A stretch of 64,000 nt of DNA from Alphaproteobacteria bacterium. Lineage in GTDB: Bacteria; Pseudomonadota; Alphaproteobacteria; SHVV01. The translations under genes were made by a program, and so were the position numbers. The stretch spans positions 1,920,001 to 1,984,000 of the forward strand of contig OZ253470.1 of assembly GCA_965261735.1 (NCBI GenBank). Direction: 5' to 3'. Below the pieces are notes generated by a model. It searched no databases, was not told the origin of the DNA, and saw only the letters and a program-made list of their open reading frames with translations. Shown piece after piece: positions 18,604 to 28,996 of the stretch (position 1 is the first letter of the stretch; the number at the start of each line of letters is the position of its first letter).

Positions 18604-21600
18604 ATGACTAATTCTTCTCTGAGCCTTTCATCAGCGGAAGGCGCTTGGCTCTGCAAAACCGCAAATGCAAGTAATCCTTACACGGTCCGGGTAGATGTCG
18701 GCCCGACCAATCACAGCGCGATCGCTCCGGATGACTGGGCGCTTGTTTTGCGACACGATGAAGCCGTCGCGATCGTCGGACGTATCCTTCGCATCCGCTC
18801 GGACCTCGATGGCGCCACGTTCCATTTCGACCGTTGGCACCTCGTGGAGCCAGCCGTGCCGCTCGCGGCCCTCGGCATGACCGCGCCGACCGGTCCGGTC
18901 GCGCGGCTGCTATGGGGCGAGTTTCTCCGCATCCTGCCACTCCTCGGCGTCGCCGACCCACACGGGGTGCCGCTGATCGACGATGTCGTCTATACCCGCG
19001 ACCTCCTCGAACACGCCGTGCGTGACGATCTGCTCGGCCCCGCTGGTGGACCCCACGAGCTGATCAAGGACATGAGCGTCCGCGACCGCTACCTCGTCGG
19101 CAAGCTGGCGCCACGTCGGCCGGATGACGACCAGGCGGCTCGGGTCGAGCCTGCCTCGGCGGCCGAGGAGGCTGGTGACCTCGAGGACGAGCGGGCGGCG
19201 CCACTTCACGAGCCTGGTGCCGAGTTCGCGAGCGCATCGGGCCGCGTGGAGCCCGAGGACGATGCGCTCGACGAGATCGACACCACGAACAATCAGTCCC
19301 TGGTCCCGTCCAGCATGGGCCTCACCTTCTGCGTGGCGCTCGACGTCGAGAAACTGACCATCGATGCACGATGGGGACGTTACGAGCGTGTCCCCAACGA
19401 TGAGCACGACATCGTCAAGACCCGCAAGAACCGCGCAACCGGCCACGAGGAGGAGGTTAAGGTCAGGGTCTGGCAGCGCATCCCGTGTGGTGGCGTGGTC
19501 ACGCTGCCACTTGTCGACGGACAGATCCAACCATCGACGCCAGATCGCGATCAGCCGGACGTCCGCCTGCAAGGCACGGTGCGAACGAACAACAAGGGGG
19601 AACGGCTCGTCACACTGTTCCTCGTGAACGGTCAGTTTGAACCCGACGACAACAAGGATCGGGCCTGGCTATTCCAACCTGAGATCTCTGTCGAAGCCAC
19701 CGAGGACCAGACCGAAAATTCGGTGTTCCGGCGCCGCCCATCCAACGAGGTCGTGGTCGACGACCCAGAACGCGACCGGCTCGCACTCATCTATCGCAAC
19801 CGCCTGGAATTCGCGGTTGGACATGGGGTGTCTGTCCATGCCGAGACGACCCTCGAAGATCCGACGAAGGCGCATCTCGTCCGAACCGAAATCATCCCCT
19901 GCTACGAAGTCGCCGTCACGGAAACCCCGGGTCTCGACCCGATGGACCGTCCAGCCATGCGCCGCATGCTCGACGAGGGCTGGCTCGACATGACGCGACT
20001 GGCGGAAATGGCGCCGGACGCGCTGCGCGAGGCGCTCTCGTGCCTTGTCGACGATTACGCCGTTTGGATTGGCGAGCAGAAAGCGCGACTGGGGTTCGAG
20101 ATCACCGGCTTTGACGATCCGGGCAAGGACGTCATCGAGCGCTGCGAGGAGATCCTGCGCCGCCTTCGGGAGGGCATGAAAACTCTCTTCGCGGATCCGA
20201 AAGCGCTGGAAGCGTTCCGCTTCGCCAACCGGTCCATGGCGATGCAGCGTGTCCGAAGCATCTACGCTCTGAAGCGCAGACGAAACGAGACCGTGGATAT
20301 GACCACGTTGGACGTGCCGAAGAACAGATCGTGGCGCACGTTCCAGCTGGCATTCCTGCTGCTGTCGATCCCGTCGCTCGCCGATCCGGCTCATCCGGAC
20401 CGGACGAAGCCAGTCGAGGCGTTCGCCGATCTGCTCTGGTTCCCGACGGGTGGTGGCAAGACCGAAGCCTATCTCGGCGTGGCGGCTTTCGCCATGGCCA
20501 TGCGCCGCCTGAAGAAAGATCTGGGTGGCTTCGACGCTTCCCGCGGCCTTACCGTCATCATGCGCTACACGCTGCGACTGCTGACGCTGCAGCAGTTCCA
20601 GAGGGCAACGACGCTTCTCTGCGCGATGGAAGTCATCCGTCGTGCAGACGGCAAGACGTGGGGCAAGGAACCGTTCACACTCGGCCTCTGGGTCGGCAAT
20701 CGTGTGACACCGGGGACGACCGAAGCGTCTCACCAAGCTGTCGAGGCTATTCGAAACAACGACCGCAACAAGGCGGGCATCGCTTCGCCTGCACAACTGA
20801 CCAGCTGCCCTTGGTGCGGTTCGGAGATCTACGGTGGACGCGACATTGAGGTCGACAGGATCGCCGGCAGGACGCTGATCCACTGCGGGGACAAGCTCGG
20901 TAGTTGCGATTTCTCGAAGGCGAAATCCAGCGGCCAGCCTCACCCGGGGCTTCCCGTGAAGGTCGTCGACGAGGAAATCTATCACCGCCCGCCGACGATG
21001 ATGATCGCGACCGTGGACAAGTTCGCGATGATGGCTTGGCGCCCTGAGGTGCGGAACCTGTTCGGCCGCGTCGATCACGAGTGCGGACGCCATGGCTTGC
21101 TTTGGCCGAACCACGACTGTGGCACCGGGCACCGAGCCAGAGGGGCACATCCCGCCACGAGCGTGAAACCGGTTCGCGCGATAAGGCCACCCGAACTGAT
21201 CATCCAGGACGAGTTCCATCTCATAAGCGGCCCGTTAGGCACTATGGTCGGTCTGTACGAGACGGCCGTCGACGAGCTGAGCAGCTGGGCTCTGGACGAT
21301 ACGAAGGTCCGCCCCAAGGTCGTCGCCTCCACAGCGACCGTGCGGCGGGCCGATGATCAGGTGCGCAATGTGTTCATGCGCCGGATCTCTGTGTTCCCAC
21401 CTTCGGGACTGGACATCGAAGACAACTTCTTCTCGGTCCAGAGACCGATCAGCGAAAAGCCCGGGCGGCGGTATATGGGCGTCTGTGCACCCGGCAGCTC
21501 GCGTCCTGCGGTGCTGATCAGGACCTACACGGCGTTCCTGACCGCCGCGCAGGGGCTGTTCGATCGGTTCGGCCCGGTGGCCGACCCCTATATGACGCTC

Positions 21601-22593
21601 GTCGGCTACTTCAACTCGCTGCGAGAACTCGGCGGTATGAAGCGGTTGGCGGAAGACGACGTCCAGACGCGTTCGTTCCGCGTCAATATGAGCTTGGTGG
21701 ACCGACCGGGGCTCTCCCAGCGGCGTGTCGAGGAAATCAGCGAACTGACGTCGCGCGTCTCAAGTCAGGACATTCCGCGATACCTCGATCAGCTCGAGGT
21801 TCCCTTCGAAGGAACCTTCGATCCGGCACAAGGCAAGTGGGTGACCAACAGGAAGCCCGGAGAGGCCCGGCCGATCGATGCCGTTCTTGCGACGAACATG
21901 CTGTCGGTCGGTGTCGACGTGAATCGTCTCGGGGTGATGGTCGTAAACGGTCAGCCCAAGGGAACGGCCGAATACATCCAGGCGACCAGCCGTGTGGGCC
22001 GCACGCCGCCGGGACTCGTGGCGACCGTGCTGACTTGGGCGCGGCCTCGCGACCTGTCGCACTACGAGACGTTCGAGCACTACCACGCGACCTTCTACCA
22101 GCATGTCGAGGCCCAATCCGTCACCCCGTTCTCACCACGAGCGCTGGATCGAGGGCTCACCGGCGCGATGCTTTCGATCATGCGCCACACCTATGATCCC
22201 TTCGCGGCGAATGATGGAGCTGGCGCCATGAACAGTCCAAGTCTCAACGAGATGCTGGAAACGATAGGCGCCGTCGCAGCTCGCACCTGGGAAGTCACCG
22301 AGGACTCGGGGAAGAAGGCTTTGACCGAAGCCGAGATGAAGAGCCGAGCCGACGAATGGGCCAATGAAGCGGGCGTTGGCGGCCGTACGCTCGTCTACCA
22401 GAAGCATGGCGCAGGTCCCACCGCCTATCCGCTGCTCTCAGCTCCGGGCATCAAGCCTTGGACCGACTGGACCGTCCCAATGTCGATGCGCGAAGTCGAG
22501 CCCGGTGTGAGGCTCGTGATGGAGGACAACCGATCAACCAGTGATCCGACTTGGCGACCGCGGGTGACGAAGCCCGAGGAGGATCAGCAATGA
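18604..22593 (+). CDS. drmA: DISARM helicase DrmA
   Basis: DLLGPAGG..RDRYLVGKLAP, FPTGGGKTEAY, YTLRLLT, QDEFHL, ATNMLSVGVDV, YIQATSRVGR, MSMREVE. Confidence 0.93.
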   Translation: MTNSSLSLSSAEGAWLCKTANASNPYTVRVDVGPTNHSAIAPDDWALVLRHDEAVAIVGRILRIRSDLDGATFHFDRWHLVEPAVPLAALGMTAPTGPVARLLWGEFLRILPLLGVADPHGVPLIDDVVYTRDLLEHAVRDDLLGPAGGPHELIKDMSVRDRYLVGKLAPRRPDDDQAARVEPASAAEEAGDLEDERAAPLHEPGAEFASASGRVEPEDDALDEIDTTNNQSLVPSSMGLTFCVALDVEKLTIDARWGRYERVPNDEHDIVKTRKNRATGHEEEVKVRVWQRIPCGGVVTLPLVDGQIQPSTPDRDQPDVRLQGTVRTNNKGERLVTLFLVNGQFEPDDNKDRAWLFQPEISVEATEDQTENSVFRRRPSNEVVVDDPERDRLALIYRNRLEFAVGHGVSVHAETTLEDPTKAHLVRTEIIPCYEVAVTETPGLDPMDRPAMRRMLDEGWLDMTRLAEMAPDALREALSCLVDDYAVWIGEQKARLGFEITGFDDPGKDVIERCEEILRRLREGMKTLFADPKALEAFRFANRSMAMQRVRSIYALKRRRNETVDMTTLDVPKNRSWRTFQLAFLLLSIPSLADPAHPDRTKPVEAFADLLWFPTGGGKTEAYLGVAAFAMAMRRLKKDLGGFDASRGLTVIMRYTLRLLTLQQFQRATTLLCAMEVIRRADGKTWGKEPFTLGLWVGNRVTPGTTEASHQAVEAIRNNDRNKAGIASPAQLTSCPWCGSEIYGGRDIEVDRIAGRTLIHCGDKLGSCDFSKAKSSGQPHPGLPVKVVDEEIYHRPPTMMIATVDKFAMMAWRPEVRNLFGRVDHECGRHGLLWPNHDCGTGHRARGAHPATSVKPVRAIRPPELIIQDEFHLISGPLGTMVGLYETAVDELSSWALDDTKVRPKVVASTATVRRADDQVRNVFMRRISVFPPSGLDIEDNFFSVQRPISEKPGRRYMGVCAPGSSRPAVLIRTYTAFLTAAQGLFDRFGPVADPYMTLVGYFNSLRELGGMKRLAEDDVQTRSFRVNMSLVDRPGLSQRRVEEISELTSRVSSQDIPRYLDQLEVPFEGTFDPAQGKWVTNRKPGEARPIDAVLATNMLSVGVDVNRLGVMVVNGQPKGTAEYIQATSRVGRTPPGLVATVLTWARPRDLSHYETFEHYHATFYQHVEAQSVTPFSPRALDRGLTGAMLSIMRHTYDPFAANDGAGAMNSPSLNEMLETIGAVAARTWEVTEDSGKKALTEAEMKSRADEWANEAGVGGRTLVYQKHGAGPTAYPLLSAPGIKPWTDWTVPMSMREVEPGVRLVMEDNRSTSDPTWRPRVTKPEEDQQ

Positions 22594-24431
22594 GCAGAAC
22601 TCCCGTAGGAGAAATCCGACCGAGCCAGCTGCTTTGGACCTACGGTCCAGGAGCCTTGATCGACCTCCCGAACATGTCGGTGGTCACGATGGGGATCGAT
22701 CGCTGGGAGAAAGACAGGTGTCAGCCGATACAAGAGGCACGGTTGCTGGCCAATGTCCGGAGCGTGCTCGGTCCCCAGGTCGATTCATTGCGTATGCCCC
22801 CTATCGGCGAAAGGGACATCGTAGATCCTTTTTCAGCGGCGGCGCTGATCGGCGTGCCCGTAAAGCCCTTCCCGAGATGGCTGCGCTGCGTGAAATGCGG
22901 CCTGCTGTCGCCCTATGATGCCGGGTTGTTCAAGCTGAAAGAGAACAGGTACCGCCCGGAATCGACGCGCTTCGTTCATGAGGGTTGTCGAGGATCGAGC
23001 AACAATCAAAGGGCCAGAGATGCCGATGCGGTTCCGGCCCGCTTCCTGATGGCATGTCGTGCTGGGCATCTGGATGACTTTGCGTGGCACTGGTTCGTTC
23101 ATGGCGGGCCGAGCACATGCCGAGCAACGCTGAGATTCTTCGAGAGCGGCGCATCGCTGCAAACCGAGAACCTGTGGGTCAAGTGTGACGGCTGTGGCGC
23201 ATCGAAGAACATGGCGCAGGCCTTCGGTCAGGCAGGTCGAGATAATCTGCCGGGCTGCCGAGGGCGACATCCGCACGTGGATCGGTTTGAGGACGACTGC
23301 AGCGAGGAACCCCGCGCAATCCTTCTGGGCGCGACCAATGGCTGGTTTCCCGTTACGCTCTCGGTTCTCGCGATTCCGCAGACAGGGAGTCCTTTAGCGC
23401 AACTGATCGCGGACGGCTGGACTTTCTTCGAAGACGTCAGTTCCGCCGCCGAAGTCGCCTTCGTCATCAAGACCCTCAAGAAGACCGCTCAGCTGCCAGG
23501 CATCGAGCAGTTCATCGACGAGCATATCTGGTCCGCAATAGAAGTCCATCGCAATGGCGGATCGACCGTCGAGCAGAGTGATCTCAAAGGGCCGGAATGG
23601 GATGTGCTGACGGCCGACAACCCGCCCACCGACTATCCGCATTTCATGAGCAAAATGGTCGGCATTCCTTCGGGCTTTGGTTCGGCGATCATACGCGTTC
23701 TATTGCTGGAGCGCCTTCGTGAGGTGAATGCACTCCTTGGGTTCACGAGGGTCGAGTCCCCAGACGAGGGCACGGGAGATGACGCAGCTCCAAGGGCACC
23801 ACTCGCACGCGCCGCGCCGAACTGGGTACCGGCCACGCAGGTCCATGGGGAAGGCATTTTCATCCGCTTCGATGCCGATGCTATGAAGGCTTGGGCGGAC
23901 AAGGATCCCGTGAAAGCGCTGGATGCTCGGCTCAAACAGGGGCACCGCGGATGGCGTCACAAGCGAAATCTCGACCCGAACCAGGGTTATCCGGGTGTTC
24001 GCTTCGTCATGCTACATACCCTCGCACACATGCTGATCCGGGAACTGGCTCTGGAGTGCGGCTACAATGCCGCCAGTATTCGTGAGCGGATATATGCGGA
24101 TGTCGATGATGGCAAAGATCAAGCCGGATTTCTCATCTACACGGCTGCGGCAGACTCCGATGGAACTCTGGGGGGACTGGTAGAACTCGGCAAGCCTGAA
24201 AATCTCGGCCGACTTCTACGCCAAGCGCTGGACCGCGCCCACATCTGTGCCTCCGATCCCCTCTGTGCAGAACATGATCCGAGCAAGGATCAGTCGCTTC
24301 ACGGCGCAGCGTGTCACGCCTGTTCGTTCGTCTCGGAAACTTCATGTGAGCGGGGAAATCGCAACCTCGATCGGTCCTTGGTCGTACCGACGCTCGAAAA
24401 TCCCGATGCAGCATTCTTCGAGACTGTCTGA
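22590..24431 (+). CDS. drmB: DISARM DUF1998 protein DrmB
   Basis: RPSQLLWTYGPGA, HTLAHMLIRELALECGY, CASDPLC..ACHAC..SETSCE. Confidence 0.93.
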   Translation: MSRTPVGEIRPSQLLWTYGPGALIDLPNMSVVTMGIDRWEKDRCQPIQEARLLANVRSVLGPQVDSLRMPPIGERDIVDPFSAAALIGVPVKPFPRWLRCVKCGLLSPYDAGLFKLKENRYRPESTRFVHEGCRGSSNNQRARDADAVPARFLMACRAGHLDDFAWHWFVHGGPSTCRATLRFFESGASLQTENLWVKCDGCGASKNMAQAFGQAGRDNLPGCRGRHPHVDRFEDDCSEEPRAILLGATNGWFPVTLSVLAIPQTGSPLAQLIADGWTFFEDVSSAAEVAFVIKTLKKTAQLPGIEQFIDEHIWSAIEVHRNGGSTVEQSDLKGPEWDVLTADNPPTDYPHFMSKMVGIPSGFGSAIIRVLLLERLREVNALLGFTRVESPDEGTGDDAAPRAPLARAAPNWVPATQVHGEGIFIRFDADAMKAWADKDPVKALDARLKQGHRGWRHKRNLDPNQGYPGVRFVMLHTLAHMLIRELALECGYNAASIRERIYADVDDGKDQAGFLIYTAAADSDGTLGGLVELGKPENLGRLLRQALDRAHICASDPLCAEHDPSKDQSLHGAACHACSFVSETSCERGNRNLDRSLVVPTLENPDAAFFETV

Positions 24432-25192
24432 TGGAAGCGATGCTGATCCCAGCTACGGACCTCGTGGCCCTGTTGTCTCCGTCGAGGATCGAAGCACTTG
24501 CTGATCGTGTCCGCGGCTCGCTGTCGGCCGAGAGAGATGGGAGCCTGCACCAGCTTGTGACCACGCCGGCTGCTCGCGCAGCACTTGATCGTCTAATCGT
24601 CACTTGGAAGCAGACGGGAATCTCAGGCGATGTATTGGCCGGTATCTTGGTCGGCGCGGCGTACGCCCGCCAACAGGCACAGCGCGAGAGCAATCTCGAA
24701 CTCGTTTGGACGGGCCCGACGACACCCTTCGTCGCCACCCGTCGCACAGAGCAGGTGCTTTTGGATCTCATCCGTCACGCGCAGAGCGACCTCTTCCTCG
24801 TCAGCTTCGTCGCATATGACGTCTCCTCGGTCGTCGACGCATTGAACGCTGCAGCCGCTCGCGGCATCGACGTCCGAATTCTGCTGGAGACGTCCACGAG
24901 TCATGGCGGGAGCCTGTCTGTTGATCCTGTCGCCACGATGCGGAGCTGTGTACCTCTGGCAGCCTTGTATGTCTGGACAGGCCGGCCATCACCGTTCACC
25001 GAAGGAAGGGTTCACGCGAAAGTGGCTGTCGCCGACGGGAATATAGCTTTTTTGACCAGCGCCAACCTGACCGGACACGCACTCGAGAAAAACATGGAGG
25101 CGGGCGTCGTGATCAGCGGCGGACACATTCCAACGGGCCTGCGCGCACATCTGCACGCCCTCATAGAGACGAAGATCATTCGTAAGATTTAG
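24431..25192 (+). CDS. drmC: DISARM phospholipase D-family nuclease DrmC
   Basis: LVWTGP, HAKVAVAD (HKD), TSANLT..NMEAG; TGATG coupling to drmB. Confidence 0.93.
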   Translation: MEAMLIPATDLVALLSPSRIEALADRVRGSLSAERDGSLHQLVTTPAARAALDRLIVTWKQTGISGDVLAGILVGAAYARQQAQRESNLELVWTGPTTPFVATRRTEQVLLDLIRHAQSDLFLVSFVAYDVSSVVDALNAAAARGIDVRILLETSTSHGGSLSVDPVATMRSCVPLAALYVWTGRPSPFTEGRVHAKVAVADGNIAFLTSANLTGHALEKNMEAGVVISGGHIPTGLRAHLHALIETKIIRKI

Positions 25193-25712
25193 CGGGGGTA
25201 TACATCACTCTTGGCACGCGCGCGCCTGATCCCGCATGACGGCGTAGTCGCTCAACATCTCAGCAATCGCAGACCATTCTGTTATTCGGCGAGGAAATTT
25301 GGGTCTGTCGCGGTCTCGATGATGTCAGCGGCTTATGGACGCCAGATCGACAATCTGGAGGCCTTCCAGAGCCAGATTTTGGGGATGTGCCGATCAGGAT
25401 GTGCTCAGAATTCGCCTCGTCTTGTTGCCCGAAGCCACCATCATTAAGATTGAGTCAGACCCGAAATTTGACCCCCCAGAATCAAGGGATCTCAAAGTGT
25501 TAGCGCGCCGATCGGCGTCGAGCCTGCGCGCCGAATAACAAAGGCGGTCGCCATCGCGGTGCGCAACGCTTCGGGACGTCGGCGCTGGTCGAAGCTGGAC
25601 GAGTGGCTGGCCCATCCGACGGGCGGTGCGGAATCCGGCATACCCGCCGGTACCGGGGTACAGCAGGGATCGACGTTGACCGGCGCGATGTCATACGGAT
25701 AACTGCCGGGCC

Positions 25713-26417
25713 ATGACCGACACGGACCCGGAACTCGACCGGCTGCAGGGCGTGCTGAACGCTATTCCCGCCGAACGCGACGGCATGACCATCGCGGAGC
25801 TGGATGGCTATGTCGCCGCCCTGATCGTCTGCCCGGAGATGATCCCGCCCTCCGAATGGCTGCCGGAGGTCTGGGGCGGAGAACACGAATTCGGGGATGT
25901 CGCCGAGGCCGAGGCGACGATTGCCGCGGTGATGGGGCATTACAACCGGATCGCCCGGGAACTGGCGGAGCATCCGGAGGATTACGCACCGGTCCTGGAA
26001 ATCGACCCCAACGGCGGCGAGACCTTGTGGGAACCGTGGATCGACGGCTTCGAACGGGCCATGCGGCTGCGTCCGGATGCGTGGGAGGAGATCGCACTGA
26101 GCGACGACAAGGAGGCGTCGGCGTCGGTCAGCATGATCGTTGCGCTGAACGATTTCTATTACGGCCCGTCCGAGTTGACGGAAGAGGCAGAGGACGAGCT
26201 CGACCGGCTTGCGCCCGGAATGGTCCCGGAGTTCGTGCGCAATCTGAACGCCTGGACGAAGTACCGGCAAATCGGGAAGCGCGGCAGGGGCGGCGCCGGG
26301 TTTCATGCCCCATCTGTCCATGACGATCCGCCGGCATTCGGCCGCAAGGTGGGCCGCAACGAGCCCTGCCCGTGCGGCTCGGGCCGCAAATACAAGCGCT
26401 GCTACGGTGCGCATTGA
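25713..26417 (+). CDS. UPF0149/YecA family protein with C-terminal SEC-C motif
   Basis: [26 protein letters not shown]; [17 protein letters not shown]. Confidence 0.88.
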   Translation: MTDTDPELDRLQGVLNAIPAERDGMTIAELDGYVAALIVCPEMIPPSEWLPEVWGGEHEFGDVAEAEATIAAVMGHYNRIARELAEHPEDYAPVLEIDPNGGETLWEPWIDGFERAMRLRPDAWEEIALSDDKEASASVSMIVALNDFYYGPSELTEEAEDELDRLAPGMVPEFVRNLNAWTKYRQIGKRGRGGAGFHAPSVHDDPPAFGRKVGRNEPCPCGSGRKYKRCYGAH

Positions 26418-26580
26418 CCGGGCATTTGCAACGACGCGAAGACGGAATTCTGCCGGCCGAGACTAGAGCGTGGTGCCGTAGTGGCCGCAGAGAACTCAGC
26501 AAGCGGGCCGGAATTGCACGAAAGCGAACATTGCGCTGCCGACCCGTGCGGATCGAAGCGGGTGCGGGGGAAGGAGCGGC

Positions 26581-27177
26581 ATGAAGGAGGTGCCATTCAG
26601 GGTTTGGTTGAAGGTCGAGAGGGGGATGAGCGCCGGCACCGTGGGCAGTCGAATCAGCAACTGCCGGAGAGTAGAGCGACATGAAGGCGATCTCGACGCC
26701 CACTACGATTCCGACGAACTGGACGGCCTGTTGCAGCGCCTGAATCCGGAAGAGCCGGCGCACGGGATCGCGATTGCAGGAGACGTGTACAACGGCACGG
26801 CGACGCTGAAGAACGCGGTCAGCCTCTATTGCGATTTTCGGAAAGGTGGCAGCAGAACGGTTTCTTCGGGGGACAATCCGGAAAAGCGACAGCCGCGACA
26901 GGGGCGGAATCGGCGATCGCGAGCACAATGGCCCCCCTGGCCGCAACCGAAGGACGAGGATCTCCTCGCACTCGCCCGGCACCATGTGGAGGACACGCTG
27001 TCCCGGATCTACAACGCGGCCGAGGATCAGGGGCAGATCCCGGAAGCAAGCAATCCCTGCCGACTGGTGGTCAAGTACAGGGAGCGCAAGCGCGAGCGGT
27101 TCCTGACCGACGAGGAGTTCCGGCGGCTCGGCCGGGTGCTCGACGAGTCGGAGACCTGCAAGGGGGTAACCGGGTAG
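26581..27177 (+). pseudogene. chimeric ORF: hypothetical N-terminal domain fused to an internal tyrosine-integrase fragment
   Basis: AAGGAG RBS; C-terminal SNPCRLVVKYRERKRERFLTDEEFRRLG resembles SNPCRHVKRFREEKRERFLSDVEYQRLG of the integrase at 30433-31578. Confidence 0.6.
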
Positions 27178-27595
27178 GCACGCACGCATCTACCATGTGC
27201 CTGGCGGCCATTACTACGAACGCACCAGGATCAGTCCTTCAAAGGTGAGCACTGGTTCTGCTCGGAGGCCGAGGCCCGGTCAGCGGCGTGGCGCAGATCG
27301 CAGCGGTGATGCCGAGTGTGCCGAGCAAGGATTGCAAGTCATCTTGAAATCATCGGCAAATGTCGTTCTCGGCTATTGCGATCCCCGAAATTGGATCACG
27401 CCCTGATAACACAGACTTTTTCGAGGCTTTTTGACTCCGGCGTTGGCGCTGTTCTATCCAACCATCAATAACGCCGTTTGTAGTGCCGCCGCCAGCCCAG
27501 CGCAGCTCGGCGAACTTGCGATAGCCGTAGCGGCCATTATCTTGTCCCGCCCAAAAGCACGGTGGCGGCGCGGGGTCAGGGACGGGTTGTAGACG

Positions 27596-28849
27596 TCATC
27601 GCCCGAACGGCACCGCGCCGATGTCTTCGATCCGTTCGTCCCCGGTGAAGCGCCAGATGCCGATGTGGCCACGGCGCAGATCGCCGTTCTCGTCCCAGTC
27701 CATGCTGCCGGCGGCGCCCTCATAGTCGATTTCTCCGCCTTGGGCGAGAATGCGGAGCGCATCGGCCACGCCTTGCGGGCCAGCGGACACTACCGTGCCC
27801 GGACCGCCTCCAACCGCGCGCAACCGGTCGCGGATCGCCGCTCCATTCCCGCTGTTGGCGGCCTGGGCCGCAAGCGCCAGGGCGACCGTAGCGTCATAGG
27901 TTTCCTTGACATAGGCGAGCACCGGCAACGCGCCGTACTCGGCGACGTACGCTGCCTCCCAAGCAGCGGACGCCGTGTTACCGGGCGCGGTCGCGGGTCC
28001 GGTGCCGTACATGCCGCCGAGGCGGGCTCCGCCTATGGACTGGACCAGTCTCAGCCGTTTGGCGGCGTCGCCGAACGTGAAGTGGTCGCAGAGGCCGTTG
28101 TCGATCGCCTCGCGGACCATGATCCCCGCCGCCGTCTCGAAGGCGATCACCACTAAGGCTTGTGCCCCTTCGCTCGTCGACTCGCGCAGTTCGGCGAGGA
28201 AACTGGTTTGGCCGCGTTCGACCGCGACAGCCTTGATTGCGCCGTCCCAGGCGGCTTCGAACGTGCGGGCAAGACCCCGCCCCCACGCGTCGTCGATGTA
28301 AAGCAGGCCGACATTGTTGAAGCCTCGCTCGCGCGTGACGCGGGCAAGGACCGGTCCCTGCGAAATATCAGAAAGGGCGGTTCGAAACAGGAAGTCGTTG
28401 TCGGTGGCCGCGGTCAGCTTAGGGGAGGTGGCCGAGAAGCTGATGGTGGGGACTCCGGCCGGGCCGATCACCCCCTCCGCGATCAGCAGCGCGTTGGCGC
28501 TGGCGTTGGGGCCAACGATGGCATGCACGCCCTCGACCTCGACGAGACGTCGCGCTACCGCGACCGCCGTCTCCGGGTTGGCTGTGGTGTCGCCGACCGC
28601 GACCGACACGGCTCGGCCGAACACGCCGCCGCCGTCGTTGACATGCTTGATCGCGAGGTCGAACGCCCGCTGCCTGTCCCTGGCGGCTTCGGTCGAGCCG
28701 CTGCTGAAATCCATTAGCAGCCCGATCTTGAGAGCATTGGGTCTGTCCGACTGCGCTACCGCGGGTTCCGCTGCCGCGCCGGTTAGCAATATTCCTGCCG
28801 CGCCCAGCAGCATCCAGACCGCGCGCCCCACGAACGGCGTCCTATTCAT
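27596..28849 (-). CDS. ABC transporter substrate-binding protein (branched-chain amino acid/LivJ-like)
   Basis: Signal peptide; ISFSATSPKLT..FLFRTALSD; IDYEGAAG. Confidence 0.88.
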   Translation of the reverse strand: MNRTPFVGRAVWMLLGAAGILLTGAAAEPAVAQSDRPNALKIGLLMDFSSGSTEAARDRQRAFDLAIKHVNDGGGVFGRAVSVAVGDTTANPETAVAVARRLVEVEGVHAIVGPNASANALLIAEGVIGPAGVPTISFSATSPKLTAATDNDFLFRTALSDISQGPVLARVTRERGFNNVGLLYIDDAWGRGLARTFEAAWDGAIKAVAVERGQTSFLAELRESTSEGAQALVVIAFETAAGIMVREAIDNGLCDHFTFGDAAKRLRLVQSIGGARLGGMYGTGPATAPGNTASAAWEAAYVAEYGALPVLAYVKETYDATVALALAAQAANSGNGAAIRDRLRAVGGGPGTVVSAGPQGVADALRILAQGGEIDYEGAAGSMDWDENGDLRRGHIGIWRFTGDERIEDIGAVPFGR

Positions 28850-28996
28850 CGGGATTCCCCATGTGTGAGCCTTCCTTGGCACCCCGCCTCGACGACCTCC
28901 AGAAACGACGAAACACCGCCGCCCCACGCACGCTTCACAAGCTCGACGTACATTCCCGGGCTCAGGGGACACCGGCCCGTCGTCATCGACGGGCGC

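Noticed and set aside
25200-25700. Additional DISARM gene after drmC
   Set aside because: Only short ORFs without recognisable motifs or an RBS.
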